Source of the DNA: a virus | Strand: one strand, 5' to 3' | IMG/VR virus record: IMGVR_UViG_3300038722_000002 | Span: 19,540 to 83,539 of that record | Length of the DNA stretch: 64,000 nt | Shown: positions 27,546 to 37,961 of the stretch, in pieces | How the letters are laid out: each line of letters begins with the position of its first letter | Position numbering within the stretch: position 1 is the stretch's first letter | Program-made: the position numbers and the translations under genes | The notes under the pieces: model-generated | The model's database searches: none | What the model was told of the DNA's origin: nothing | The model's input: the letters and a program-made list of their open reading frames with translations, nothing else

Positions 27546-28022
27546 ATGACATATAAGTGCTTTAACTTTGAGATCGAAGAATTAGTAAGTCAAGCAACTT
27601 ACAATTCATTTATTGACATGTTTGGTGTTGATATAGGGGAAGAGTTCATGTGGAGGTTGTTTGATGACAACTTCCTTGAAGCACTCGACGCCTTACGGGA
27701 TAAATATGGCCCTATTACAATCAACGATTGGTGTTGGGGAGGAAGTTATGACCAATCAGGACTAAGGACAACTTTCTCGCAGTATTACAGCAAAGGGAGT
27801 ATGCACAGTTGGGCATGTGCTGTGGATATGAAGTTTGGTAATTTCACAGCACCAGACATACAAAAACTATTAGAGGAGTTGACGGTAGACGATGAATATG
27901 GCGATATTATCCTTGAAGGTATTACAAGGGTGGAACGTGGCACACCTACATGGACTCATGTTGACAATAAAGATGTGTCTAAGGATACATTAGAAGAAGG
28001 TTTGTATTTCTTTAATCCATAA
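27546..28022 (+). CDS. Peptidase M15-family endolysin
   Basis: SGLR...SMHSWACAVD...WTHVD Zn-peptidase motif. Confidence 0.85.
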   Translation: MTYKCFNFEIEELVSQATYNSFIDMFGVDIGEEFMWRLFDDNFLEALDALRDKYGPITINDWCWGGSYDQSGLRTTFSQYYSKGSMHSWACAVDMKFGNFTAPDIQKLLEELTVDDEYGDIILEGITRVERGTPTWTHVDNKDVSKDTLEEGLYFFNP

Positions 28023-28033
28023 GGAGAAGTAGT

Positions 28034-28789
28034 TTGGGAAAGCAAGATAAGCATTGTAATCAACGATCTAATAAACGTAAAGATAAACAGCGCAAAGGTG
28101 AACGTGAGATACGCGAGAAGTTTGTAGAGGAGAGGGTACATCGTGCGCCACCAATATTGGCGAAGACACAGAACCAACGTAAGTATATGCAGGTACTTCG
28201 TACAGAGAAGTTAATTGTATGTCGTGGAAGTGCGGGTGTGGGCAAGAGCTTTCTAAGTAGTGCTTTAGCAGGGGACGCCCTATTGCGCGGCGACATTAGT
28301 AAAGTGATTGTTTGCCGTCCCAATGTAGCTATGGGGGAGAGTATTGGGTATAGAAAGGGTTCTGACGAAGACAAATTATTTCCTTTTGTCCGCCCAATGC
28401 TAGATACGCTCAAGAAACGTATGGGTTCGGGTAGTTATGAAGTCGCTATAGCTAGTAAGCAGATCGAGATCCAAGCACTAGACGCCATACGAGGGATGTC
28501 TTTTGATGGTAACGTGGTAATACTGTGTGATGAGATGTCTAACTCAACACCTGCGGAAATCCGTAGTGTAGTAACTCGCCTCGGTGAGCAAGCCCAGATG
28601 GTCATTATGGGCGACCCCACACAGACAGATATACGAGGAGAGAATGGACTGGACTATATCTGTGGTCTAATAGAGAAATACGACATCCCCGATTCAGCTA
28701 TTGTAGAGTTCACTTCTGCAGATATTGTACGTTCAGGTATTGCTAAGGCGTTTGTTACAGCCTTCGAGAAGGAGGGTGTTAATGGCTAA
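28034..28789 (+). CDS. phoH: PhoH-like ATPase
   Basis: GSAGVGKS, RGMSF, DEMSN, TRLGE, GDPTQTD and DIVRS motifs. Confidence 0.95.
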   Translation: MGKQDKHCNQRSNKRKDKQRKGEREIREKFVEERVHRAPPILAKTQNQRKYMQVLRTEKLIVCRGSAGVGKSFLSSALAGDALLRGDISKVIVCRPNVAMGESIGYRKGSDEDKLFPFVRPMLDTLKKRMGSGSYEVAIASKQIEIQALDAIRGMSFDGNVVILCDEMSNSTPAEIRSVVTRLGEQAQMVIMGDPTQTDIRGENGLDYICGLIEKYDIPDSAIVEFTSADIVRSGIAKAFVTAFEKEGVNG

Positions 28790-29546
28790 GAAACTAGACA
28801 TACGTTCTGGGGATGTATTTGGGGATTATACCGTAGTCACTGAAGTACCCAAAACCCAACAGAACCAGAGGAGGTTTCTACTTCGTTGTGTTTGCGGTAC
28901 AGAGAAAGAATTGGATCTCCCCTCTTTTAAGTACAATAATAGTGGGTGTGGGTGCCGTAGCACAGATAAGATGGTAGCGTCAAAACTGAAGAGGGAGGAT
29001 TTTCATGGTATGACAGGAAGCCCCGAATACAGGTCTTGGGCACGAATCAAGAGTCGGTGCTTCAATCCTAATAGTGCTGATTTTCCTGACTACGGGGGCA
29101 GGGGTATCACTATGTCCCAAGAGTGGCGGGATAGTTTCCCCAAGTTCTACGAACACATCGGCCCCAAGCCTTCCGATGGTAAGAGATACAGTGTAGACAG
29201 GGTAGACAACACCAAAGGATATGTACCTGATAATGTCAGGTGGGCTACGGACGCACAGCAGGCACGAAACCAGAACGGGAGGTCGAAAGCAAACACTACA
29301 GGGGTTACAGGTGTTTACTGGGACACTAAAGTACACCCGACTGGCAGGGATTCTACTCGGTACGCCGTAGCGCAATGGGTATCTCTGGAGGGAGTCCGTA
29401 AGAAGAAATGCTTCTCGGTCAAAAAACTCGGAGAAGAACTAGCCTTCTTAGCAGCCTGCGAATGCCGAGATAAGCAAATGACCTTGCTAAACTTACAAGG
29501 GGCAGGTTATACTGACCAGCACCTTAACAATAGGAGTTATACATGA
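28782..29546 (+). CDS. HNH homing endonuclease with AP2-like C-terminal domain
   Basis: HGMTGSPEYRSW, YGGRGI, SVDRVDNTKGYVPDNVRWAT and NTTGVTGV...FSVKKLG motifs. Likely start ATG 28782 (GGAGG SD). Confidence 0.9.
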   Translation: MAKKLDIRSGDVFGDYTVVTEVPKTQQNQRRFLLRCVCGTEKELDLPSFKYNNSGCGCRSTDKMVASKLKREDFHGMTGSPEYRSWARIKSRCFNPNSADFPDYGGRGITMSQEWRDSFPKFYEHIGPKPSDGKRYSVDRVDNTKGYVPDNVRWATDAQQARNQNGRSKANTTGVTGVYWDTKVHPTGRDSTRYAVAQWVSLEGVRKKKCFSVKKLGEELAFLAACECRDKQMTLLNLQGAGYTDQHLNNRSYT

Positions 29547-29830
29547 CAGGTGAAGTTGTAGGATTGAACGGTAAGACTTTCTCCCCAGAGGAGCAAATTA
29601 AACCTAACGAAAACTTAATCAATGTGTTAGAGTCCTACCTAGAAGATGCTAAATCGGGTAAACTACAAGGATTCATAGGTGTAGGGAGGTGGCCTGATTC
29701 ACAAAGCTACCCTCTCATCTTAGCAGGAGCGTTTGACGGAAACTCTCCGTACATCCTACTGGAAGCACTTAACGACCTAAAAGAACAAGTTAGGTTTCAG
29801 ATGCTATACCCAGAGGAGATAGGTGAATGA
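29543..29830 (+). CDS. Hypothetical protein
   Basis: ORF with AGGAG SD. Confidence 0.7.
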   Translation: MTGEVVGLNGKTFSPEEQIKPNENLINVLESYLEDAKSGKLQGFIGVGRWPDSQSYPLILAGAFDGNSPYILLEALNDLKEQVRFQMLYPEEIGE

Positions 29831-29864
29831 GTTGTTTATTGAAATGTGAGGAGTAATTAAATAA

Positions 29865-30176
29865 ATGCAGTATGTAAGGGGTCAGAAGGTGAGAGTCTTA
29901 TCTGACGGGAAGATTACACTAGGAGAGATAGCATATCATCAACCCACTTGTCTCACATATAAAGTGAACATTGATGGTATGCTCGTCTCAGTCAACTACG
30001 AGGACATAATGAACGATCAGGATGAATCTGTAGCACTAGGTGTCTTGTGGGCACAAGCAAGGGACGAAGGGTGGCAAGGAATGATGTGTGATGCACAATT
30101 AGCTAAATTATTCCTAGACAAATGCGAAAAGGCTGGTATCATCACGCACACATCAAACAAAGGAGAAGAGAATTGA
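29865..30176 (+). CDS. Hypothetical protein (SH3-like N-terminus)
   Basis: YVRGQKVRV...YKV pattern; GAGGAG SD. Confidence 0.65.
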   Translation: MQYVRGQKVRVLSDGKITLGEIAYHQPTCLTYKVNIDGMLVSVNYEDIMNDQDESVALGVLWAQARDEGWQGMMCDAQLAKLFLDKCEKAGIITHTSNKGEEN

Positions 30177-30379
30177 TCTACATGTTACTAGGAGCTATAT
30201 ACTTCATCTTCAACATCATCTCATTATGTACATTCTACAAAGGTATATGTCAAGGAGATAATAAACTCAAGGTCTTAATCTTAACATTCGGTAGTGTGTT
30301 CTACGGTGTAGATAAACTCGTATTGGCATATTATGGGATTTCAGATTTCATTAAGAAAAAGCTTGCAAAGTCAGATTAG
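30173..30379 (+). CDS. Small membrane protein
   Basis: Two hydrophobic segments; probable TTG start at 30173 after AAGGAG. Confidence 0.55.
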   Translation: MIYMLLGAIYFIFNIISLCTFYKGICQGDNKLKVLILTFGSVFYGVDKLVLAYYGISDFIKKKLAKSD

Positions 30380-30432
30380 TCTATATATAATCCCCGCATT
30401 GATTGTCGAAAGGCAGTTGTGCGGGGATTTTT
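30363..30432 (+). terminator. Intrinsic terminator overlapping a sigma70 promoter
   Basis: AATCCCCGCA...TGCGGGGATT followed by a T-run; TTGCAA-N17-TATAAT at 30363-30391. Confidence 0.75.
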
Positions 30433-30459
30433 ATTGTCTGTAATATGAGGAGAGAATGA

Positions 30460-30801
30460 ATGGAATATAAGAATACACAACATCTACAAGAGATGGATTT
30501 AAAGTGCTTTATGTTGAAATTGGGATATAAGCTATACTATTTCAGAAAATCATTTGAGAATGTACATGTGTCACATTCTATGGCACCAGCGTTATCCTAT
30601 AATACAGCAGTGATGTTATATAATACATGTACTTCGTGGTTGTTCGATGATACACTGCAAGTCAAATACCCGTTCACCAAGGAGGTGTTTGCAGAAGCTA
30701 GGTACGAGCGTGTATTCTCCCGTATTTACTTGCAAGGTTGTAAAAACGGTGAGATCAAATGCACTAAACACCAACTGAGGTTCAACTATGATCAAGTATG
30801 A
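30460..30801 (+). CDS. Hypothetical protein
   Basis: ORF with GAGGAG SD. Confidence 0.7.
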   Translation: MEYKNTQHLQEMDLKCFMLKLGYKLYYFRKSFENVHVSHSMAPALSYNTAVMLYNTCTSWLFDDTLQVKYPFTKEVFAEARYERVFSRIYLQGCKNGEIKCTKHQLRFNYDQV

Positions 30802-30982
30802 CCCTGTAGGCATAGAAACAGTCCGTCAATGTGCGGTGGACAGTTTAAATGAGTTCCACATGTACCGAGAAAACTACACAGAAGATACCATGTGTTCTGA
30901 ATCGTGGTTGGACTTGGGTGGTAAGTTTGTAGCCGATGGTTACTTCTATTTATTTATGAAACAGGATGCTACTTATGAATAA
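30788..30982 (+). CDS. Hypothetical protein
   Basis: Overlapping ORF in the operon; GAGG SD. Confidence 0.6.
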   Translation: MIKYDPVGIETVRQCAVDSLNEFHMYRENYTEDTMCSESWLDLGGKFVADGYFYLFMKQDATYE

Positions 30983-31157
30983 GAAACAATATGTACTATA
31001 CCTTATCGACAACGCAGTAACGGATTTATTGTATTATGACCGCGAAGAGGATGCTCAGTTGGGTGTAGGGGAGATTGAACGTATGGTGAAAGAAGGTGAG
31101 ATTACTTTAGACGAGATGTACAACGCATTTATTCGCTCACTAGGAGAACAAGTATGA
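30975..31157 (+). CDS. Hypothetical protein
   Basis: DLLYYDREED motif; tightly packed in the operon. Confidence 0.65.
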   Translation: MNKKQYVLYLIDNAVTDLLYYDREEDAQLGVGEIERMVKEGEITLDEMYNAFIRSLGEQV

Positions 31158-32302
31158 CAGGTGAAACACCAATTCTATTCGGGCGTGACTCGAAAGGTAA
31201 ACTCAAGCAATGGTTGATCTATACCGAAGGAGCTGATGTCATCATCCTACACGGTCAAGTAGGTGGTAAGCAAGCTGAGTCTCGTACCACGAGTGTCGGT
31301 AAAAACATTGGACGTTCAAATGAAACATCCCCTGAACAACAAGCAGAGCTAGAAGCAAAGGCTAAGTGGAATAAACAACTCAAGAAGGACTATGCCCTAT
31401 CTATAGAGGAAATCCCTGAGTCTACCCTCCCACACCTTGCTACCAAACTACAGGATAAGGCCCATACGCTGAATTACGATGCTGGTGTTGATGTTCTCTG
31501 TAAGAAGGATGGTGTACGCATGTCTGCCTTCCTAAAGGATGGTGTAGTATTCTTCCAGAGTCGAGGTGGTGAGGAATATCCGATCATACGTGAAATAGTT
31601 GATGAATTGTGGAGAGTATATTTCAGTAAGAATGCAAACTATGTGGTCGATGGTGAAATCTATTGCCACGGTATGCACCTAGAGGATATTACCTCTGCTG
31701 TCAAGAAGCACAATGAGAACACACATAAGCTAGAGTTCCACGTGTTCGATCTTATTGATAAAACTAAGCCAGAGCAGCCTTGGTGTGAACGGTATGAACA
31801 ATACATAAGTCTATGGTTGGAAGCCCGACCTTATATATCACGGATAGCTGTCATCGCAGCACACCCAGTACGTAACTCGGATGATGTTTACACACTACAC
31901 GATGAGTTTGTAGATGATGGATATGAAGGCATTGTTCTACGTCCTCATAATGGTGTAAACTCTTTCGGGAACCGTACAGCAGACTTCATCAAGTATAAGA
32001 AGCGTAAGGATGCTGAGTTCCGTGTGGTTAAATTCACAGTCGATAAGAAGAATCGTGCTATCCCTCACTGTGAAGTTGATACAGAGGTTGGTGTCAAGAC
32101 CTTCAAAGCCCCTATGATCGGCTCAGACGAACGTATACAAGCTCTATGGCAGGAATACTTAGATAACAACTCAACACTTCCAGAACACCGTCAATGGTTG
32201 ACTTGTGAGTTTGAGAACTACTCTAAATACGGAGTCCCTGTTAAAGTTAAAGGTGCTAGTTTCCGTGACTGTGACAAAGAGACAGGTGAACCACTTGAGT
32301 AA
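31154..32302 (+). CDS. ATP-dependent DNA ligase (N-terminal WGR-like domain)
   Basis: Motif I KKDGVR, III DGEIY, IIIa FHVFD, IV EGIVLR, V KYK. Confidence 0.92.
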   Translation: MTGETPILFGRDSKGKLKQWLIYTEGADVIILHGQVGGKQAESRTTSVGKNIGRSNETSPEQQAELEAKAKWNKQLKKDYALSIEEIPESTLPHLATKLQDKAHTLNYDAGVDVLCKKDGVRMSAFLKDGVVFFQSRGGEEYPIIREIVDELWRVYFSKNANYVVDGEIYCHGMHLEDITSAVKKHNENTHKLEFHVFDLIDKTKPEQPWCERYEQYISLWLEARPYISRIAVIAAHPVRNSDDVYTLHDEFVDDGYEGIVLRPHNGVNSFGNRTADFIKYKKRKDAEFRVVKFTVDKKNRAIPHCEVDTEVGVKTFKAPMIGSDERIQALWQEYLDNNSTLPEHRQWLTCEFENYSKYGVPVKVKGASFRDCDKETGEPLE

Positions 32303-32474
32303 CCTAATAGAAGTCAAAGGAAGGGGTTGTTATTGTCGTATATGTGACTACATTATCCCAATAGGAACAGTAGCTCTTATGGTGGAAGGACGTAAAGAAT
32401 GTTTGCGTGTATGTAAGGAGTGTGTTACTTTAGCGGCTATTGAAATTTCAAACAACGAGGAGACGGATGAATGA
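32295..32474 (+). CDS. Small Zn-finger-like protein
   Basis: CRIC...CKEC motifs; likely TTG start near the ligase stop (track ORF begins at 32205). Confidence 0.5.
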   Translation: MSNLIEVKGRGCYCRICDYIIPIGTVALMVEGRKECLRVCKECVTLAAIEISNNEETDE

Positions 32475-33028
32475 ATAAAACAAAACCACCCAAGGATAGA
32501 GAGTTTCTAGGATTAGTTAATCACAACAGTCCGTATTGGGATATATTCTTTTACGGCAGGAAGGAGGATGGTGTGCCTAAAGCTGAGTTTGTAGATAGGG
32601 GGGGTTATTCTCTATGCCCAAGCTTATCGGGTGGGAAGAGTTGCCTGTTATGGAGGATGTCTGAGGTGATTAAACTAATCATAGCAGGTGGTAGAGATTT
32701 CAATCGTGTCTTAACCCTCAAACGTGAAATGTTAAACTACGACACAACATCATTGGAAGTTGTCTGTGGTGGTGCCAAGGGAGCAGACACCTACGGTGAA
32801 CGCTGGGCTAAGAAAAATAATGTCCCTATCAAGTACTTCCTTGCAGAATGGGATAAATATGACAACGCTGCTGGGTATATCCGTAATCGACAGATGGCTG
32901 AATATGGAACACACTTACTAGCCTTCTGGGACGGAGAGAGTAGAGGAACTAAGAATATGATTGACACAGCTACAGAATTAGGTTTAAATGTGCAAATCGT
33001 AATGTATAACAACAGGAGTTTAGTATGA
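32471..33028 (+). CDS. SLOG-superfamily protein (DUF2493/YspA-like) with N-terminal extension
   Basis: IIAGGRDF, GGAKGAD, AGYIRNRQM and FWDGESRGT motifs; probable internal GTG start at 32666. Confidence 0.85.
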   Translation: MNKTKPPKDREFLGLVNHNSPYWDIFFYGRKEDGVPKAEFVDRGGYSLCPSLSGGKSCLLWRMSEVIKLIIAGGRDFNRVLTLKREMLNYDTTSLEVVCGGAKGADTYGERWAKKNNVPIKYFLAEWDKYDNAAGYIRNRQMAEYGTHLLAFWDGESRGTKNMIDTATELGLNVQIVMYNNRSLV

Positions 33029-33486
33029 GACACACAGGACGTAAAGGGTGGCAAGCGTCATATAAAGACACATGGAGTTTAGATGCTACACTATCTCCTA
33101 TCATCCTTGCGGGTTTGATTAAGTTTAAGCAGGTTATTACCAGTGATGAGAAAAAGCACTATATTGGTGTTCCCAGTGAGCATGTTACATGGGAACCCGA
33201 CACATATTCAGAAGAGATATGGTATGAAGCATTATCTACGTGGTTAGCCGATATCGACAAGATGATATACGCATTCAGGAATATAGAGCCTGAGTATGTT
33301 GGAGGATGGAAGGATGGATCAGAACACGAGGATGATGACCTAGAAACAGGATACCGTCTGTGGCATAGGATACCATGTGATGAAGAAGCACATGCTGCAT
33401 ATCTGAAAGCAAAGACTGAACATGTAGATATGGTAAAAGAAGGACGTGAACTCTTCGCTAAACATTATGATTCCCTATGGTGGTGA
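33025..33486 (+). CDS. Hypothetical phage protein
   Basis: DTWSLD...IDKMIYAF...GRELFAKHYDSLWW. Confidence 0.75.
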   Translation: MRHTGRKGWQASYKDTWSLDATLSPIILAGLIKFKQVITSDEKKHYIGVPSEHVTWEPDTYSEEIWYEALSTWLADIDKMIYAFRNIEPEYVGGWKDGSEHEDDDLETGYRLWHRIPCDEEAHAAYLKAKTEHVDMVKEGRELFAKHYDSLWW

Positions 33487-33487
33487 T

Positions 33488-33697
33488 ATGACACCTGAAT
33501 GGTACGATAGCATCAAACTAACTATACAAGAAGGCCCTCCCACACAGGAGAAGGTGGTGTACAAGGATGTAGATAACCCCACATATGAGGAACTGCTTGA
33601 GGAGCTAGAAAGGGCTTGTACCCTAGAGGCGTATGAGCTATTATCTACACATAAGAAGATTAAGTGGGATGGGAATATATTACAGGAGCGAGATTGA
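33488..33697 (+). CDS. Hypothetical protein
   Basis: Track ORF 33446..33697; likely start at MTPEW. Confidence 0.55.
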   Translation: MTPEWYDSIKLTIQEGPPTQEKVVYKDVDNPTYEELLEELERACTLEAYELLSTHKKIKWDGNILQERD

Positions 33698-34038
33698 TGA
33701 TTGATACAATAGCTAGGCCCAACTATACTAAAATCCGAGAAGAAGCTTTATCTCATACGCCACCAGACAGGGAGGCTATCCGTAAATATAGCGGAATCCC
33801 CGCAGGCTGGGACAGTTTGATTCCTGAGATACAAGCCTTATGGGGTGATGATCTAATGCAAGCTAAAGAGAAGTTTGGTCAACTACGAATATCCCCATCT
33901 TTAGATGCGTGTCCTGTTACGACTGAACTACAAAACAGAGCTAGGTTTATGTGCATGGAGTGTGGTAGCCATGCAGAGTACTTCCAACAAACAGGGTGGG
34001 TTGGGCCTATATGCAAGAGGTGTATAATCAATGGATGA
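33697..34038 (+). CDS. Hypothetical protein (QAKEKFGQLR motif plus Zn ribbon)
   Basis: GW...QAKEKFGQLR...CMECG...GW...C pattern, recalled as common in phage proteins. Confidence 0.7.
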   Translation: MIDTIARPNYTKIREEALSHTPPDREAIRKYSGIPAGWDSLIPEIQALWGDDLMQAKEKFGQLRISPSLDACPVTTELQNRARFMCMECGSHAEYFQQTGWVGPICKRCIING

Positions 34039-34218
34039 ATTAATTATAACACGGTTCCTGAGAGAGAACCTAGTTGTCCGTATAAGCAAGGAATATGGGA
34101 GTTACAGTGTGCCAGATGCGTTACATATTAACATCTCGATAGGAGATGAAATAATAACAGAAGATTATATTGACATAGAGGACATAACAACTAGCTATGA
34201 TTAGACGGGAGACTGCAC

Positions 34219-34899
34219 ATGTTTAATTGGGGTAAAACACAGAAGAATGTATCGGAGCCTGTGGCTGAAATCATACGTCTACTAGAGGAGGAGATATCTA
34301 CACTTCATGATGTGGGGCCGTCTATCCTACGAAGATGGAACGTCTCTTATGTTGACGAGAGAAAGAGAGAGTTCTCCGTGGCAGATATTACCAAAGGGTT
34401 GTACTATACAAACCACACATCATGGTTAACCTCTCAGGAGGTTGAACAACTATTCTGTGTCTGTCATAAGTACCATGTGCTAGAACAACTACAACAAGAC
34501 ATCATCAAACGACATGATGAACTCGTAGTACAAGAGACTCTTGAGATACCTGAGATCGAAGCAGTATTAATCCGTGACATGGAACAGGCTGTGGAGTCAC
34601 AAAAGGAGAGTGATCTTTATGATTATAGGGAATATCACATTTACCTTCCCTATATAATGAAAAAGGGCTTTGCTTTTAAGCTGCACCCCGACATCACAAC
34701 CCACTCACGACACGGTATACCACTGACTCCGTACACCATAGTACATCTCAGCCTAGAGGCTAGTGGCCGTCTCCTAGAATTGACAAAACGTATGTCACAA
34801 AAGGAAGAACGAGCGTATGTTGTAAGACGACAGAAGAGAGCACAAGATGAAAGGCAGTGTATTATGGAACGATATTTTGAGGAGATAGAGAATGACTAA
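34219..34899 (+). CDS. Hypothetical protein
   Basis: 226-aa ORF with GGGAG SD. Confidence 0.7.
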   Translation: MFNWGKTQKNVSEPVAEIIRLLEEEISTLHDVGPSILRRWNVSYVDERKREFSVADITKGLYYTNHTSWLTSQEVEQLFCVCHKYHVLEQLQQDIIKRHDELVVQETLEIPEIEAVLIRDMEQAVESQKESDLYDYREYHIYLPYIMKKGFAFKLHPDITTHSRHGIPLTPYTIVHLSLEASGRLLELTKRMSQKEERAYVVRRQKRAQDERQCIMERYFEEIEND

Positions 34900-35218
34900 A
34901 GACGAACAAATATACGACATCATCAACAACTTTGACTTTGACAAAGTACATAAGGTTATGGTATTCTTAGATTGGAAGTGGTTACAAATGAGGGGACTAG
35001 AAACACCGTCTATCCCTCAACTCAAAGATAAGGCTTACGAGTTGCTATCAAGAGTATATGACAACACAGACTCCCTAACACCCTATAGCCTACGAACAGG
35101 AGGACTATGTGCTAGTGGAGTATACTACGAAGACACAAACGAACTAAGCTTAGAACTCATATTTGAACTAACAGGGTGGATGCATAGTGTGATACACGTA
35201 CCTACCAAAGCCCCATAG
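34892..35218 (+). CDS. Hypothetical phage protein
   Basis: NFDFDKVHKVM..LDWKW...TGG pattern; GAGGAG SD; last gene of the + strand block. Confidence 0.75.
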   Translation: MTKDEQIYDIINNFDFDKVHKVMVFLDWKWLQMRGLETPSIPQLKDKAYELLSRVYDNTDSLTPYSLRTGGLCASGVYYEDTNELSLELIFELTGWMHSVIHVPTKAP

Positions 35219-36585
35219 CTTAGCAGCCCCTACAAGCCGTTTTAAGGCACATTTCACACCACCCTATACAATCACACTAGCAAACCCCTAAACGCTCCCT
35301 ATGGACGTTCTAGGGCTGCTGTGAGGCATCCTAATATACTCTACTCTCATATATAGTACAGGAACACCTCCTCCACCTAAAGGGATAACCCCCTTATTCC
35401 CTCCCAAATATCCTCACACACAACCTCTTCCCCAATAATAGCAACACATTCCCTGTAAGGACACGCCGACACAAACCCCCTCAATATACCCCAAATATCC
35501 ACATATCTACCACTAAATTATATGTAGCACATTAATTCCCCACCAAAAATCTAATATTCCCTCCTAAAATATCCTTGACACCTACCATCACATATATGAA
35601 AATATCAAATAGCTGAGAGTAGTCTCAGGAGACAACCACACCCCCTGCCTCAAATAAAAATATCAACAACAACACAATGAGGGCATCCTCCGTTCGCCCG
35701 TTCAGGAATATCATGTTATCAATGATAGAGATAATAAGGACATGTCAGCGGCTAACCTCCCCAACATACTCCCCCAACTACCTCCTCCCCGCATATATGT
35801 GATTGTAAGATGGTAGGAGAATGGCGAAGCATTCTCATAGGTGGGACACAGGGGTAGGGTTGTACCCCTGTATACAGTATAAGGAGATAATACTCTAGGG
35901 GAGCGTATAGGCAGGCAGAATGCGGTGTGTAGACGTGTTGTGTGGTGATATTCCTAGTGCTCATTTCTAATAATAGATTCAATATTTAGCTGTTTAACAC
36001 CCTACCACACCTCCTATAGAAAGTCATTATAATTCTAAAATATCCTTAGAACCATTAGCTATATCCCCCGACAATATTCCCCCATATACCTTATATACCC
36101 CTTTTATGTTCCCCCTTATAACCTTTTGTTATACAGTTCGCATAACATAGATTATGTTAAATAGCCTATAACGATATTATTTGATGAACCATATGTTGGT
36201 ACATATAAACCATAATATGGTACATAGATATAACTAATAGTTATAACAACTTCAAGGCGCTACTACCATTGTATCATAAGAGGATATTTGAGGTAAAGTG
36301 GAGTTTTATACCTATTTGTTATATAAAATGAGGTGTTAAGTGGGAAATGGTATAAGAAAAAGGGCGATTATTGTTGACTTTGTGGGGTTTGTGGTGTTAA
36401 ACATATAGGGGGATATAATATTGTTAGGATATTATCAACATATTGGGTATAATATTATCAACATATAGTGTACATATTGGATAGAATATATATACATATC
36501 ACATAGAATATTGATAACATATACGCACTAGAATATATACCCCCAGCATATGCACCCCTGTATATTATCCCCATTACTATTATAT

Positions 36586-36714
36586 GCGTCTATATAGACG
36601 CCTACCCTCTATACACCTTTTAAGGTGTAACACAACTCACACCCCAGCACTCGCTCCCCCTAACATTGCTCCCCCTATATGGCAATACCACTATATAAGC
36701 GTCTATATAGACGC
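36586..36714. repeat. Twin perfect 16-bp palindromes GCGTCTATATAGACGC
   Basis: Copies at 36586-36601 and 36699-36714. Confidence 0.9.
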
Positions 36715-36946
36715 ATAGTAGGGCAGGCGGCAAGGTTAGCCGCTATCATACCTCTAAACGCCTATATCTACCTATCATACCTCTCTCACTAACACAACGC
36801 CCCTAGAACGTCCTCTATTGCGTTCTAAGGGCGTTGTAAGGTTGGGCTTTACGTTAGTATTAGATTGTCCCTAAACGCTCTGAATAGCTATAGGTTATAA
36901 GCGTGAGGGTTGTTAGAACTAAATGTTATATTAAATTGTAGGTGTT

Positions 36947-36970
36947 AAAAAGCCGCTTAATAGCGGCTTG
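36947..36970 (-). terminator. Intrinsic terminator at the end of the early gene cluster
   Basis: AAGCCGCT-TAAT-AGCGGCTT hairpin with a short T-run on the minus strand. Confidence 0.7.
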
Positions 36971-36983
36971 TGTGTGGGGGGTG

Positions 36984-37217
36984 TCATTTTGTTTTCTTGG
37001 CTTCTCTATAGTCTTCTCGCATGTCTTTAATAGTGTGTCCGATAGGGGCGATCATTGTAGCAGTGTAATAATCATAATTATCCTCTATACAAATCATGTA
37101 ATACCCCCAGTCATAAAGTGATGCTAGCACGTTGTTTACTGCCGCATTTTCCGACTGCTTAAAATCTAAGTAGAAGCAACCGCTTGAGTCCAGTGTACTG
37201 CTATATCTTGCTTTCAT
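36984..37217 (-). CDS. Hypothetical early protein
   Basis: ORF with its own promoter (TTGTGT-N16-TACAAT at about 37288-37257). Confidence 0.7.
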   Translation of the reverse strand: MKARYSSTLDSSGCFYLDFKQSENAAVNNVLASLYDWGYYMICIEDNYDYYTATMIAPIGHTIKDMREDYREAKKTK

Positions 37218-37500
37218 AATCTTTAGTCCGTTTGGTTTGTTGCTTAACTGGTACCCATTGTACAGGAACCAACTAAGGACACAACACCTCTCTTAGAATA
37301 AAAAGGAATAGTAACCCTCTCGTTTATAACAAGAGGGTATATAGAGCGTTTAGCCTTAAAGTAATACCATCGTAAGGGGTAGCTCTAAACTCGCTTAAAA
37401 CGGCTTACAGGGCGTTCTAAGACTATTGGACGCATAGGTTTATAACAGCCCCTAACAATATTAACGGTACAATGTAGTTGATCATAAAAACACCCCCTCT

Positions 37501-37740
37501 TTATGCCGCTTGTAACAACTTGCGAACCATGCGCGAATCTAAGACGCGCCCTTGTGCGTTTCTATACTCAAAGCCGCCCACTATGTCGGGACGGTGGCGC
37601 ACTGCTAAGCATGGAACACCTTTAGCGTTTACCACGTGGGCTACAGTATGCTTTAGAATGGCGGTTTTACGTAGCGCGCCCCCTAGACGACAGCGAAAAT
37701 TAGGTGACGATAGAGCGGCTTTTAATGCTGTATAATTCAT
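37501..37740 (-). CDS. Hypothetical early protein (basic)
   Basis: ORF with AGGA SD, translationally coupled to the upstream small ORF. Confidence 0.7.
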   Translation of the reverse strand: MNYTALKAALSSPNFRCRLGGALRKTAILKHTVAHVVNAKGVPCLAVRHRPDIVGGFEYRNAQGRVLDSRMVRKLLQAA

Positions 37741-37877
37741 TATTTAGTTCCTACGTTGATAGATTGTTCTAATTGAGCGGCGCGTCCTTCTAGTACGTTT
37801 ACGGCGCTTGTGGAAGCTTCAAAAGCGCCAAAAAATTGTGCTGATGCAAGTGCGATAACAGCGAGAATTGTTTTCAT
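37740..37877 (-). CDS. Small signal-peptide-bearing early protein (45 aa)
   Basis: Manual translation MKTILAVIALASAQFFGAFEASTSAVNVLEGRAAQLEQSINVGTK; promoter TTGTAT-N16-TATAAT upstream. Confidence 0.65.
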   Translation of the reverse strand: MKTILAVIALASAQFFGAFEASTSAVNVLEGRAAQLEQSINVGTK

Positions 37878-37961
37878 AATGTTGGCCTTTAAAGTTTGTT
37901 TGTTAGGCGTTATTGCCTTCAGTGGTTTCTATTATACATGAGCCGCATCATCATACAAGGG

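Larger units (their letters stand above)
35220..36980. other. 1.75-kb non-coding, strand-skewed, repeat-rich interval at a transcription convergence (candidate genome terminus or origin)
   Basis: No credible ORF; alternating C-rich and G-rich tracts; ATATTATCAACATAT repeats; twin 16-bp palindromes. Confidence 0.55.

Noticed and set aside
35752-35982. ORF 35752..35982, and similarly 40636..40833
   Set aside because: They lie in low-complexity or repeat non-coding DNA and have atypical composition.
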